A DNA stretch of 64,000 nt from Octopus bimaculoides (GCF_001194135.2 NC_068995.1:7862659-7926658), one strand, 5' to 3'. Shown: positions 11,651 to 25,339, counted from the first letter of the stretch. The notes: a model not told the origin generated them from the letters alone. Program-made: numbers and translations.

Positions 11651-13390
11651 AAATCTATTGCCACCCATTTTGGCTTTTCAACTTCATCCAGTCACAATTT
11701 CTCACGTTCTATGCAGTCTGCTTCATCATTATATTCTTTTTTGTTGCTCCATATCTTCTTCCAAAACTCTTCCATTTCCTCGGTCTTAGGCGGCTCCTTT
11801 TCTTCTATTTCATTTTTGCCAATTTCCCTATAAAATTTCTTTGCATCCGTCTTGAATACTTTGTTTTGTCGATAAAAGTTTGTTCTTTTGTCATGCATTT
11901 TGAGCCGTTGGGCTCTCTGTTGTATTCGTTGTTTCAATTGTTCCTTGGTTGCAGGGACGTTTATAAAATCATTGATTTTATATATTTGCTTGATGTTTCT
12001 AGCTCGTTTCGTCTTAACATTTGCTCCTCAAGCAAGGTCACCGAGAACTGATGCAACCGCCCGCAGAGACTCGATCTCTTTTTGTATTAGTGGTCTATTG
12101 ATATCGTGCGTTCTTTCCTCTGTCGTCCCGATACCCAGGTGAGCAGTGACAACTTAGCAGTGGAATAGATGAGGTCATTTCCCTTATTATTTAAGATCTG
12201 TCTAGGAGCAACATTACATATCATGATTGTTGTATTTTTTGCTCTGGGAACTGTCTTGTTGAGTTCTCCGATATCTTCTTTTGCTTCTCTATTATTCCCC
12301 TCAAATTCTATCATACCAAGTCTGGGGTTCTTGAGGTAGGGTTATTTTCTCCTCTTTTCCCGCATATCTGTTCTGCGCTATTCTTTCTTCAGCTTCCTCG
12401 GAGGACTGTACAACTCTTACACTGGGCTCCGTGCATCTGTTATCTATTTCATCTGCGTTGTTGCTGTTTTCATTTGGTCTACCATGAGATATTTGTGTCC
12501 TAATTAGGTTAATTTTAGCGTCAGTTAATCTTGTATTCTTAATCGTGTCCCTAGGTACATTACTTAGTTTATTTGCGTCTATATATCTGCCTACTTCATT
12601 GCCTACTAAGTTTCTCCTTGAAATGTGAGTTTGTAATATTATTATTTACTTGGGCTGTTTAGAAATCTTTCAACACATCTCTAGAATCCTTTTATGCTTT
12701 TTGCTCTAGGTGGCGTCACTACATGTCTCGGGTAAGGTTATCCCGGATCAGGTTACCTAGTAGATAGTTTTTAGAAAATGTTCTCCTGCAGGAACCTTTT
12801 CGACCTAAGTCTTGTTTCCTACTGAATAACGCGGTCCTTGTTGTCCCGGGTGATGACCGATTCGGTATCTGTTTTGGCCTGTCATTGAGGCATTGACAGT
12901 GACAATAGGAGACGGGTCAGTTTGTTCAGAGTTGAATTTTCGATCTGACACCGCTTCCTTGTTCTCCTAATGGATACATTTATCATATCGTTGGCTGATA
13001 GATCGAAAATCGCCTCTATTTTTTTTGTAGTTATCTTTCCCTGCATAACTATTTGGTATCTTTTAAAATTAGTGACTTATTTTCTCCTTCCTATATACAT
13101 TTGTGGGAAGTCGCATTGTTCTTGTTTGGTACAGCGTCGCTCGTGGCACGTGTTTTTTATTTTATTTTCCATGTGTGTACGTGTGTTGTGTAGGCATTAT
13201 TTATGTTGCTTATAAATATTAACATGTGCGCATGGATAGCTGCATGTACAGGTAATTAGTTAAATTAAGTACTTACTTTGTGAGTGGTGTTTTTCCAGGT
13301 TTCCTGGTGCTTGTTTCCACTTCTCGCGTATATTGCATTGAGGCATTGTGCATTTAAAGAAACTACACTTTATACGACAAAAATCTTTCC
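11651..13390 (-). mobile_element. R4/Dong-type LINE fragment B (degenerate N-terminal part to pre-RT region)
   Basis: KQRIQQRAQRLKMHDKRTNFYRQNKVFKTDAKKFYREIGK...EEFWKKIW (ORF 11692-11937). The upstream boundary near 13390 is approximate. Confidence 0.75.
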
Positions 13391-13399
13391 GCTCTTTAA

Positions 13400-14350
13400 T
13401 TATTATTATTTTTTATTATTATTTTGTCTTTGGTCAGCTTCTAATGCTGAAAATGTACTACGGTGTCAGCTATTCACTACCGGTGAACTAAGGTAACGCC
13501 TCTTGTACTTCGAGCACTCTCCGGAGTATTCCAGCGGCTCCAAGCAGCGCTGTGTTCTGCAAGTGCTCCACCCTAACGGCAGCTCCATTTGTTCCATATA
13601 CATCTCAAAATCTTTACTCACAGTACCCAGGGCTCCGATAGTTATTGCTGCTATTTCCACCTTTTTCAGCGGATACAACCGCTTAACCTCCCAAGCGAAC
13701 CTGTTATATCTATCGACTTTTCTTTATTCCTTATTGCATGCCTTCTTGTCAGTTGGGCATGCTATATGTATGATTCAGCATTGTTTGCTTTCTTTCTCAA
13801 TTAACACTATGTCTGGTTTCCTATTCTCTATCTCATAGTCGCACTGAATCATAAAATCTCGTAGGATCTTTGCATTATCATTTTCGATGATGCCTTCGGG
13901 TTTATATTCGTACCACGTTTTTGCTCTGTTAAGTCTATAATTGTTGCAAAGTGTCCAACAGATAATCCTTGCCATATTATCTTGAGATTTCTTATATTGT
14001 TTCTGGGCTAATGGTGTACATTGACTGGTGATATTCCATACGATTTCACCATTTTGTCCACCAAATCTGCACTTATCACTTTCTGGTGCGATGTGTGATG
14101 TCTATTCTCAGTTTGATGTAATTGGTTCTTAATGCTAGTTCTTGGGCATCACAAATTATAGCCTCCGTTTCCGGTTTTAAATCACCTTTAGTCATCTATA
14201 GTTATTTTTTTCTCTGTCTGTCATATCTTCAACATCCCTATGAAATTGTCTATGCATTCTTTTCTTTACCCACTTATTTTCAGTTTCATTCCTTTTCAAT
14301 TTCTTGTATAGGGCTTTATCTTTGTAATCTTTCATCCTACACAAGCCTGA
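13400..14350 (-). mobile_element. R4/Dong-type LINE fragment A: C-terminal zinc knuckle, restriction-like endonuclease and 3' end
   Basis: KRMHRQFHRD..KGDLKPETEAIICDAQELALRTNYIK; DKCRFGG..EIVWNITSQCTPLAQKQY; NRKPDIVLIEK; ITIGALGTV; ends in degenerate (TAA)n at about 13399-13424. Confidence 0.9.
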
Positions 14351-14659
14351 CGTTCTTCCGATAATAGCGGTTCTGTGGAATTTGTTTTTACATACCTATA
14401 GTAGAAAACACTTCTCCAAGGTTCCATGCAGTGAGACTGTGAATTTTCGCACCATGCTCGAGGATTACTGGCTTGAAAAGTAAAACCAAATGTCCTTCCC
14501 AAGTCATACAGACACATAATGCTCGGTTCCCCGGTAACCATAGCGTATCAATTCAGATGACCGAAATCTTAAGTTTCTCATGATTTAAGGACGACAGCTT
14601 AAACATATATTTAACGATTGGGTTGGAATCAGGAAACAAAACAACTGAAGAAATCACAC

Positions 14660-14729
14660 ATGCTCACGCTCTCTCTCTCTCCCAGACACGCACACACACG
14701 CACACACACACACGCACACACACGCACAC

Positions 14730-14768
<39 letters not shown>

Positions 14769-14885
14769 TACATACATACATACATACATACATACATACA
14801 TACATACATACATACATACATACATACATACATACATACATACATACATACATACATACATACATACATACATACATACATACAT
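14660..14885. repeat. Compound microsatellite (CT)n-(CA/CG)n-(TACA)n
   Basis: Directly visible; source of the HTHT, YIHT and MYVC pseudo-ORFs. Confidence 0.97.
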
Positions 14886-14993
14886 CAAATATTTAAGTGT
14901 AAACGAAATGCATATAAGAACATATGTTACTATATTAACATTGAATCCTGTTTTGTTACTTTCTGTATGTATTGATTGGAAGCTAGGAATTTA

Positions 14994-15160
14994 GCCCCAT
15001 GGACAATTACTCCCCCTCCCAAGGACAGTTACATCTGAGGACAACAGATGATGTTTTAACACTTCTGAATATATTGGAGAGGGGGTAATTAACCAAGAGG
15101 GTAGTTGTCGTCGGGGAGCGGGAATTGTTCTTGGGGTGAGATGTAATTGTTTCAGGGAGA
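14994..15160. repeat. Degenerate inverted-repeat (MITE-like) element
   Basis: Left GGACAATTACTCCCCC and GGACAGTTACATC versus right GGGGGTAATTAACC, GGGAATTGTTC and GATGTAATTGTTTC. Confidence 0.45.
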
Positions 15161-16259
15161 TAACTGGCTGATACGATTGTGTGATCTACAAATCTGTAGA
15201 ATATAAATGTAATTCAGACTGCTATGTAAGTTCGTAAAGTTTCCTCTCAAATATACCAGAACACAAACGGAATTCTGAAACTGGTAATATGTCGAATGTT
15301 TAAGTATATGTTAATAGATGTGAGTGTGTGCGTTCTTTGAATAATCAAGCTAAGTGGTTTACCAACGCTTAGAGTTCTTTGTATACTTAAGTTTCAATTA
15401 CAAATATAATCATTTAGAACTGCCAAACACATATATTTGGGAATTAATTATGGATTAAATTGCTATTTCCTTCGAGAAGAGTCGATATTTCATTGTGATT
15501 ATGCAATCTTTTACGAAACTGTGATGTCACGAAACACTCATGACCAGAAGTGAGACACATGTCAAGGTTCTGTAATAAGAACATAAATGAAATTTGTTTT
15601 ATTCCACACTCTCACACACACATTTTTTGCAGACAGACAAATATGCAAATTTTTATAGCCAATGTCTAGTGTGTTTGATTACGTATGTGTATTTTCGTAA
15701 AACACCTCTATATAAATTGTCAAAGGATACGTGAAAATTTACAATATTACAAAGATATAATAAAAAAAAAACTTCAAAAATAAATTTGAACACACAACGA
15801 AAGTCATTATTCGCGCAACATACATTTATTAATTTTTTTAACAATTTTTATTTTCTTACTCTCTTTTTTATGGAAGATTCTTATTAAATCGCGAAATATT
15901 GAAAATATATATTATAATACGAAGATAATTAAAACAGCAAACATAAATGTATATCGCTGGGAGGAAAAAAAATTATGTACTCATATACTCTTTTACAGAT
16001 TACAGCCATGTGACTGTGTCCATGCTGGAGCACCGCCATGAAAAATTACTTGAAAAAAAATAATGAAAAAACATGGCCAACGAGTTTGTTCTTTTTTATA
16101 GGGGAGCTATAACTTTTGCTTGTTTTTTTTTTTGTATGATTTTAGTTTGAGAGTGGGACAGGGATTACTCTACGTTCTGTAATATTTTAGAAAATGCTTG
16201 ATAATTTTTTTTACTATGGGATAAAAGTTACGTAAGTTATGTTATACTTATGTTACAGA

Positions 16260-16273
16260 ATAGCATATATATA

Positions 16274-16327
<54 letters not shown>

Positions 16328-16470
16328 TCAATATACATATGTATATGTATATACATATTTATGTGTGTGAATTTGTAAACATACACATATTTGTAATAAT
16401 TACATGTATACACATTTTGATACGGTGTAAATTTATATATGCATATATATATATATTTATTTATAGTTAT

Positions 16471-16534
<64 letters not shown>

Positions 16535-16744
16535 GCATATATAAACGAACATAAATATATTAGTATACAAACACATATAGGTAGAGACAAATGCACACAC
16601 CGACATAAGTTTTGTGTGTATGTATGTATGTATATATATATATATATAAACACACACATATATATATATATATAAATATATGTGCATGTATGTGTATGTA
16701 TATATATATGTGTGTATATATATATACCTACATGCATACGTATG

Positions 16745-16777
<33 letters not shown>

Positions 16778-17434
16778 ATGCATACGTATGTATGTATATA
16801 TATATATATATATATACACATACATGCATACGTATGTATGTATATATATATATATATATATATATANNNNNNNNNNNNNNNNNNNNNNNNNNNNNNNNNN
16901 NNNNNNNNNNNNNNNTATATATATATATATATATATATACACATACATGCATACGTATGTATATATATATATATATATATACACATACGTATGTATATAT
17001 AAATAAATATATATACACGTATATGTACGATTGAAGACACAGCTATGATAGAATTTAATATTACTTATTAAATTATTTTTCATATTTCCTGGTTAGTCAT
17101 TTATCATTTGTTTGGGTCAATAACGTCCCTAAGGAATTTGTGTTTCAATATCTTCGTGGTACGAGTGTCGTCATCTTATGCGATGAACATGAAGATACTC
17201 GTACGTTGTTGCTGCGTTTTATAATAGGTATCAGGTTATCATTCAGAAGATAAAGTTTAGAACCTTTTGAAAATAGAAAAGGCTTAGGAATTGCTTTGTG
17301 CCAAATTAAACATACAGGAGTAATTAGGAAATACGAAAAACCTCTGATAAAAAAGATTTAAAGTCAGAAACAAACGATCATGCCTTCAACGAAAACTGGT
17401 CCCTAGGTCTATAAATATATGTACGCAGATACAT

Positions 17435-17478
<44 letters not shown>

Positions 17479-18090
17479 NNNNNNNNNNNNNNNNNNNNNN
17501 NNNNNNNNNNNNNNNNNNNNNNNNNNNNNNNNNNNNNNNNNNNNNNNNNNNNNNNNNNNNNNNNNNNNNNNNNNNNNNNNNNNNNNNNNNNNNNNNNNNN
17601 NNNNNNNNNNNNNNNNNNNNNNNNNNNNNNNNNNNNNNNNNNNNNNNNNNNNNNNNNNNNNNNNNNNNNNNNNNNNNNNNNNNNNNNNNNNNNNNNNNNN
17701 NNNNNNNNNNNNNNNNNNNNNNNNNNNNNNNNNNACACACATATATATATATATATACACACATATATATATATACATATGTGCGTATATATGTATATAT
17801 ATATATATACACACATATATATATATACATATGTGCGTATATATGTAAATATATGTATATATATATATATGCACATATATATACATACATATGTGCGTAT
17901 ATATATATGCACATATATATACATACATATGTGCGTATATATATATATGTATATATATATACACATATATACATATGTGCGTATATATATATATATACAT
18001 ATGTGCGTATATATGTATATATATATATATACACACTCACATATATATGTGCGTGTATATATATATATATATATATATATACATACACGC
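16260..18090. repeat. (TA)n-rich compound microsatellite and minisatellite blocks with gaps
   Basis: Units CACATACATGCATACGTATGTA(TG)-(TA)n at about 16730-16995 and ACATATGTGCGTATATAT at about 17770-18060; a non-repeat spacer lies at about 17030-17430. Confidence 0.9.
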
Positions 18091-18297
18091 ATTCATGTCA
18101 TTTTTTCCAGGTTATATATTTATTTATTTGTTATTGTATTTTATATCATATTAGCAATTATCATTGTCGTCCGTATTACTTTAATTTTATCATGATTATT
18201 TTTTTATGATTTCAATTCCTATCTGCACTCCTCGATACCAAGAAGCCTCTTATTAATTGAAAACTGATACCTGTAGTCTAATACTTACATACATCCA

Positions 18298-18303
18298 TTT
18301 ATT
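18298..18303 (-). promoter_or_regulatory. Candidate polyadenylation signal of the OLF gene
   Basis: AATAAA on the minus strand about 225 nt after the stop codon. AT-rich background makes chance occurrence likely. Confidence 0.3.
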
Positions 18304-18528
18304 TCTATAGCATATATACATTAGTGGTATATGCACATATATTAATAACATATATACATGCATACGTACATATATTACTCGTACATACGTAATATATATG
18401 TACATAAGTATATACGCTCATATATGTTTTCATCCATCTTTAAGTACGTGCATACTCACAAACTTACTTATGATATAGACAATTTAGTTTGAAAATAAAC
18501 AACAACCAAAAAAAAATTAACAATTACA

Positions 18529-19313
18529 CTAACAACTTTTCATTAGGGTTTCAAGTTCTTTGCGATCATACATCAATACAGGATACGTTATTTCATTGCC
18601 GTTGTCATATCCATAAATCTTTTTGTGGTAGAACGCTATCATATAGTTATGTCCGAAAGGGTTTGAGAAACCCAATACCTTACAGAGTTTCACATCAGCA
18701 TACAAATCGTAAACTATCTCTACTTTAGTTTTCGGTTTTGATACACTTTGCACTAAATACAATACTCCACACACGATGAAGGCGTTTCCGTAAGATCGGT
18801 GTTTGATCGGAAGCTCCCATTTTTTAAGTATTTGTAAAGTGTCACCGTCTAGTTTAACCACTATCAATGTCTCTTCGGACGAATTCTTACCGTACAAAAC
18901 CCAAATTCCATTTTCATCAACAGCAAAATCAAAGTAGTTGTATTGAAATGAATACAAGGAACGTTCACCTGTGCTAATTGCTTTTGGCATATTTTTGCTA
19001 GATGATACAACTTTCTGTTCGGCAAGTGAATATCGGGCCACTTTGGAGGTGTGAGCTAAATGGAAGTAGAAGGAGCGTCGATATATCAAATGCCCGACAC
19101 CTTGATAATGATGCTCACCCATATCGTATATGTGATCCGCAATATTGTTTTTGTAATGGTTGCGGTCTTTGTACTCGTAAATCAAGTTCCCGTAATACTC
19201 TGGAGTGTACCAGTACCTCTGACGATGAAGGGTCGCGTCCCGCATCCATGCCCCCCAGCTATGGTTAGTGTAGCGTTGATGGACAGGCTTGCCAAAAACT
19301 TTTATGGCACACT
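18529..19313 (-). CDS. Olfactomedin-domain protein, last coding exon (whole OLF beta-propeller, 260 aa)
   Basis: Acceptor ttgttgtcgtttcag|AG TGT GCC (phase 1). CAIKVFGKPV..WGAWMRD..GVGHLIY..YFDFAVDENGIWVLY..GNAFIVCGVLY..YGYDNG are OLF motifs. Uninterrupted ORF to the stop. Confidence 0.95.
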
Positions 19314-19426
19314 CTGAAACGACAACAAACGGAAAAAAAAATTATAAGAATTTATAATTTAATAAATTTACAAAAGAATTAATAAACTAAGAACGATGTT
19401 ATTAATAATTTCTAGTAGAATGCTTT

Positions 19427-19468
<42 letters not shown>

Positions 19469-20534
19469 CGGCGTAATGAACAGGAAACGGTCATGCTACT
19501 TCGTCGAGCCATGACATTTGCCTCATAGATAATCTAGCAATACCATTCCTGAGAGGATAATTTACAAAGAAATTCAGTGTGAGATTTTAATTTACAATGT
19601 AAAGAGATATAACTATTTTTTCTTTTTAATTGCTTTCTCCTACAAGATAATCTCCAGATCTGTTACGTTGTAGTAACTACATTAATACTGTAATGAAATT
19701 ATGAATAATTATACTAATACAATAGGTTAACAAAATATATGCCCTAGTGGAACATTTTGATACAATAAAACAAACGTATAATTGATATAATCTATCTCTG
19801 AATTTATCTATCTACTATCTATTAACTTGTTTTTTTTATCTGTACATCATTCTACACCTATACACACACAATCATATGTTTAATAAAAGAATATCCAAAC
19901 CTAGTTAGCAAGTCCCCTACTATATATATGTGTGTATACACATACACACACACATTGATACATTTCTACGTATGTATTACTGCTATGTATGAGATTAATA
20001 AAAACGAAATTTTGTAATATATTTTCTCTCTGGGCATCTCACTATATTCTTTGTCATCCTTCCATCTATCCATTCCTACAAACATACATACGTACGTATG
20101 TATGTATATATATGTGTATATATATATATATACATATATAAATACATACACACACACAAACACATGTATATGTATATATTTATATTATATATATATATAT
20201 ATATATATACATACACACATACATTTTGCGTGATTTTGCAGCAGTGTTTTTTTTCCTCCTTTAAAATTTAATAATAAATAAATTAACAGTTGCTTTGAAA
20301 AAAGTAGAAGCCTCCTAATGTAATTATTTTTAAAACCTCAGCAAATTATTTCTCCTGAAATCAATTTTATTTCTCAGCTGAACTCTGCTACACTTTTGTC
20401 GGATTCATTTGGAGATATATTGCCTCATAATGTATATATTCATCCCACTCATATATGTACAGACAGGACTAATAATTTAATAACCTGCAGGACACAGATT
20501 ATTAGATTATTACCAATAATCAAATAACCTCTAG

Positions 20535-20567
<33 letters not shown>

Positions 20568-20601
20568 CCTCATCATCATTGTTGTTGTTGTTATTATTAT
20601 T

Positions 20602-21700
20602 GAACTGGCAGAATTGTTAGCACGCTACACGAAATGCTCAGCGGTAGTTCGCCCGTCGCTACGTTCTGAGTTCAAAGTCCACCGATGTCGACTTTACCTG
20701 TCATCTTTTCAGAGTCGATAAACTAAGTACCAGTTGAGTACTGGGGTCGATGTAATCGACTATCCCCTTCCCCCAAAATTTCAGGCCGTGTGCCTATAAT
20801 ATAAATAATAATAATTATATTGTTATTATTGTGGTGAGCTGGCAGAATCTTTAGCACGCCGTGCGAAATGCTTAGTGGTATTTCGTCTGCCGCTATGTTC
20901 TAAGTTAAAATTTCGCTGAGGTCGACGTTGCCTTTCATCATTTCGGGCTCGATTAAATAAGTACCAGTTACACACTGGGTCGATGTGACTGACTTGCCCC
21001 CTCCCCGCAATTTTCCGCCCTTGTGCCTATAATAGAAAGTATTATTATTGTCATTATTTTATTAAGGTGGGGAGCTGGCAGAATCGTTAGCATGCCGGGA
21101 GAAATGCTTAGCGGTATTTTGTCTCTCTACGTTCAAATTCCTCCGAGGTCGACTTAGTTTATCGAACCTGAGAGGATGAAATGCTAAGTACCAGAGAAAC
21201 ACTGGTGTCGATGTAATCGACTATCTCCCCTCCCATAGATTTCAAGCCTTGTGCCTATGGTAGAAAGGATTATTATTATTATCACTCATGTTATTAGGTT
21301 GGCGAGCTAGCAGGATCGTTAGAACGCTGGACGCAATGCTTAGCGGTATTGTGCCTGTTTTCTTTTTCTGGGTTCAAATTCTGCCGAGGTCGACTTTGCC
21401 TTTCATCTTTTCGTAATCGATAAATGAGGTACTAGTGAAGGACTGGGATTAATGTAATCGTCTATCCCTTCCTCCAAATTTCAGGCTTTGTATTCTGTTC
21501 TACCGAAATAATACTATGGAATATTATTATCATTACTATTATTATTACGCTGTTTACCTGGCAGAACATTTGGCATGCCGGGCGAGATCCTTAGCGGTAT
21601 TTCATCTGCCGCTACGTTCTGAATCGAAATTCCACCGGGGTCGATAAATCAAGTACCCATGAAACACTGAAGTGGATGTAATCTATACATTCCCTCCCCC
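20602..21700 (+). mobile_element. Five head-to-tail copies of family B tRNA-derived SINE separated by (ATT)n
   Basis: GA(G/A)CTGGCAGA heads at about 20602, 20836, 21072, 21304 and 21556. Copies carry a GAGTTCAAATTCC-like B box and variants of GCCTTTCATC...GGGTCGAT.AA..AAGTACCAGT; copy 5 is internally deleted. Confidence 0.9.
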
Positions 21701-22989
21701 TGCCCGGTAACCCCTTCAATTATTCTACTGTTCCCAAACCTTAGCTGGCGTTACAGCAACATACGGTCATATATCTAGGATAGTTTCCAAAAAAGAAAAG
21801 TCAGATCACTGACTGACAAGACCAGTCCATTTTCTGTTATACTCTTGTGTTCTCTCTGCTCATATATTTTACCCAACGCTGGCTTCGTATTTAGCACTTC
21901 GCTAGGATTACTTCCGTACGCTATCATTAGATGCTATCATGGACTTAAAACCCATTACAGCTATGGGCACAGGTTAGTTTATGAGATATTCCAGTAAAAT
22001 GTGATGGGGGAGATAGAAAGTATTCCTTTTTATTATTATTTATGTTTAAACATGAATACTACACTTAAAATTGTGAATTAGTGAATCTGGAATTGTCTAC
22101 GGACACAGTCTTCGTCTACAATAATAACTGCATGAATATTACACAAAATTTTCATTAGGTATAAACTCTATCCATATTAACTTATTTTTATTGCTTTTAC
22201 AGTGTTTTCAACGAGGTAGCTATATAATGATGTTTCAATGTGGAGGGCATCGTAACTCAGCTAGCTGAGGTAAGCTACTGTTATTGGTCAAAGCGACCCT
22301 GTTACGTACAATTCCTAGTTGAAGCCGAAATAAAGTAATCTCGTTGCTAATGCATCGGATAAAAGCTACAACATTAGAACGATCCATAATAACGTTGACT
22401 TAAATTAATAACTTTTACGCTACATGAAAAATAGAGGAATAAAATAAATTCAATATTATGATACAAAAACAAGAAAAGCAAAAGTAAAAGAATTGCATAA
22501 ACAGAACAACAACAAAAAAAAGCAGCAGGTAAAAATAAAAACAAATACAACAAATAAAGAACTATAAAAACAGCTAAAGAAAACAAGAAATAAGAAAATG
22601 CATAAATTAATGAAACGGAAAATTAAAAACTTGAGATATTTTTCTCATTCTTTTTTGTTCCGGAAGCTGAATTCGAATGCTTTTCATGTTGGAACGCCAT
22701 TTTTTTTTATTTATTATTTAGCGTGTAATAGTTTTGGTCGAAAAAGAGTAATTTAATAAATGCGATTATTATTTTTTTTATTTTATCACCAACTCTGCCC
22801 TGATTGATTTAAAGTGCTGATCGAATGAACTTAAAAAAAAACTGATGAAAGAAAGAAGATAAATGATAGAAAAGATATGAAATAATGCTGAGTTCAAAAG
22901 GATTCCAACCGTGACCGTCCCAACAATAATTGTCTAAATTCTATCTTAATTTAGAAATTATCTAATGCATCTTTACTTTAGCTAAGATG

Positions 22990-23460
22990 ATGGGTGTATT
23001 ATGAGATTACTGAATATCAAGTATCTCGCGGCTGTATTCATGAAGGATTGGAGGCAGGAAGTTTCTTTGGACGCTAAATGCTGGTACTGGCCCAGAATTC
23101 GCCAGCTCAAGCATTCTGGATTCAGAAAAGACAGGTTTTCATGCATATCCCTACCAATTGTATAAATGTTATGAAATGACAACGAGTACAATCGCGAATA
23201 CACACGGCCGAAATGGTGTTCGCCTGAAGGATTTCTGGAGTGAAGTTAGGCGACAGTGCGCATAACTCGGAGATCAAGGATGAAGCACACCTTACACGTC
23301 GAGTCGCTACTTCTCCACATTGAGCGGTCACAGGTTTGATACTTCGGACATGTGATTGCAAGATGGGATCTTCAAGACGATCCATAGGTGACAGTGACTT
23401 GGATGTTTTAGCTTAGTACATGACGAAACTGGTACAACGAAACTTCGTATACACGATCAA
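22990..23460 (-). mobile_element. Degenerate RTE-clade RT C-terminal fragment
   Basis: Frameshifted GEVATRRVRCASS...ILQANT.(AVYSAIVL)...ECLSWRILG resembles RTE EV..RI.KAS...TK..VY.A.VL...CLRRILG. Confidence 0.5.
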
Positions 23461-23547
23461 TCTTCTCCTTTTATATATGTATACACATAAATATATCTAT
23501 GTACGCATGCATGTTATGTATATATATATGTATGTATATATATATCA

Positions 23548-23897
23548 GAGGCGATGACAGATATTGCTCGGCCAGTCGGTCTCCTCTGCATATCGACTGG
23601 GAGAGTAATGCCTGTCATCGCCACAAATGGAGGAAGCAGATTAAGGAGGGGGTCAACACTTTTGAAATAGCACTTAATCTTCAAGAAGAATTTAAACGTG
23701 CTGCTCGAAGGCGCACTGCTAGCATAGGGAATGGCGGAAAGTTCGGTTTGCAATGTTTGCAGTGGTGTATGCTTATCAAGAGCAGGGCTCTTTAGCCACC
23801 GACGGAGCCGCAAATGCAAACGATAAGTTTTCCTAGAGCGCACAATGTTGCTAAATGCCATCAATATTCTTCCTCGGTCACGGGTGGACAGCCGTCA
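23548..23897 (+). mobile_element. RTE-clade LINE 3' end
   Basis: IDWESNACHRHKWRKQIKEGV..FKRAARR, then (frameshift) VCNVCSGVCLSRAGLFSHRR, the RTE C-terminal C..C...C.SR.GL.SH motif. Confidence 0.85.
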
Positions 23898-24559
23898 TAT
23901 AATATATATGTATGTATATATGAAGAGAGCGAGTGACGGAGAGTGGCACAGGCAGGTGCAGGGGATGTGTTACAAAATGGCGTCGCACATGTAAAGTCCT
24001 CCGATTCAGCGTTCTATGTGTAACATTAAAAAAAAATCAGAACAGTTTCAGTCCATTCTTATCCATGGTGCTAAAGAATCGGATTAATGTTGTTACATTG
24101 TACATTTTATATTATAATTTAAATAATACTCTCTCGTTTACATGTTAACTTACAATGGAGACTGGGAAGCATTATGTATGCAATTTTTTGTAGTATCCAA
24201 AACATAAGTATTATAAATGCGGAAAATAGTTGTATTTTTATTCGTTTTATTTTCTTTTTTTGTTACTATTTCCATCAATATCAGTGAATAATCAGAGGAT
24301 CCCTCATTTCCTGGTTTAAATTGAATTTAGTTTGGAGAGAGAGTAAAAGAAGTTAAACGTGTTTTGTTAATACGCGTAAAATATAATGCTGAATATCATA
24401 AAACGTTATTATCGGTTTTAATCTATGATCTCATTCTTTTTTTTATAAATATATAAGTTTCATCTACTTAACAGTTTTAATGCTTCGCGCATTTATTTAT
24501 GCATGAATAATTCGAACTGACACTATATATGTTTATGTATGTATACACACACAAACACA

Positions 24560-24617
<58 letters not shown>

Positions 24618-25300
24618 ATAATGTTTCATAATTGACTACGCATCAGGCTCCGCCAATTCTTTTCTTTTTACATAAATCCTGATACTAAAACAAATAAAAA
24701 TTCCAACAATGATCAGCCATTCTTAAAATACGAAAATGGGAAAACGAAAGTAAGAAACACGTAAGCATATTCAAACAATAAAAAAAAAAACGAATATAAA
24801 TCAACAAGAATGGAATTATGGAACGAGAGAAATACTAAAAACATAAAAAAGAGAATGAGATACAAAAGAAAACTATACACGATTTACATTTAAAAGAAGC
24901 AACATTTTCCTTTTAACGACGAGACGTTTTGGTTCTTAAGAATTGTTGCAGAAATAATTATACTGGTTCACGGTTTTGAAACTTTGTTTCGTGAAATGGA
25001 TGAAGACCACAGCATCACTTTTGTATTTGCGTTTAGATCATGGTATATCAAATTTGTGTGGTATACAATGAAGATTATATCATGCAAGATCCTCCTATCA
25101 CTGTCAATTATGCAATTCTCATGTAGATATATACATACATACACGCACACATATATGAGTATATCATATGCATATATATATATATATATATATATACATA
25201 CACACACACACACACACATACATGTATATGCATATGTAAACCCATATATATAACTATATATATATATATATATATACACACACATACATATATATGTATA

Positions 25301-25339
<39 letters not shown>

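Noticed and set aside
19002-19317. Two plus-strand ORFs overlapping the OLF exon
   Set aside because: Antisense shadows of a real coding exon; no recognisable motif.
20602-21700. CRISPR-like repeat-spacer periodicity
   Set aside because: Units are about 200-bp diverged tRNA-derived SINEs with (ATT)n spacers in eukaryotic DNA; no short identical repeats and no cas genes.
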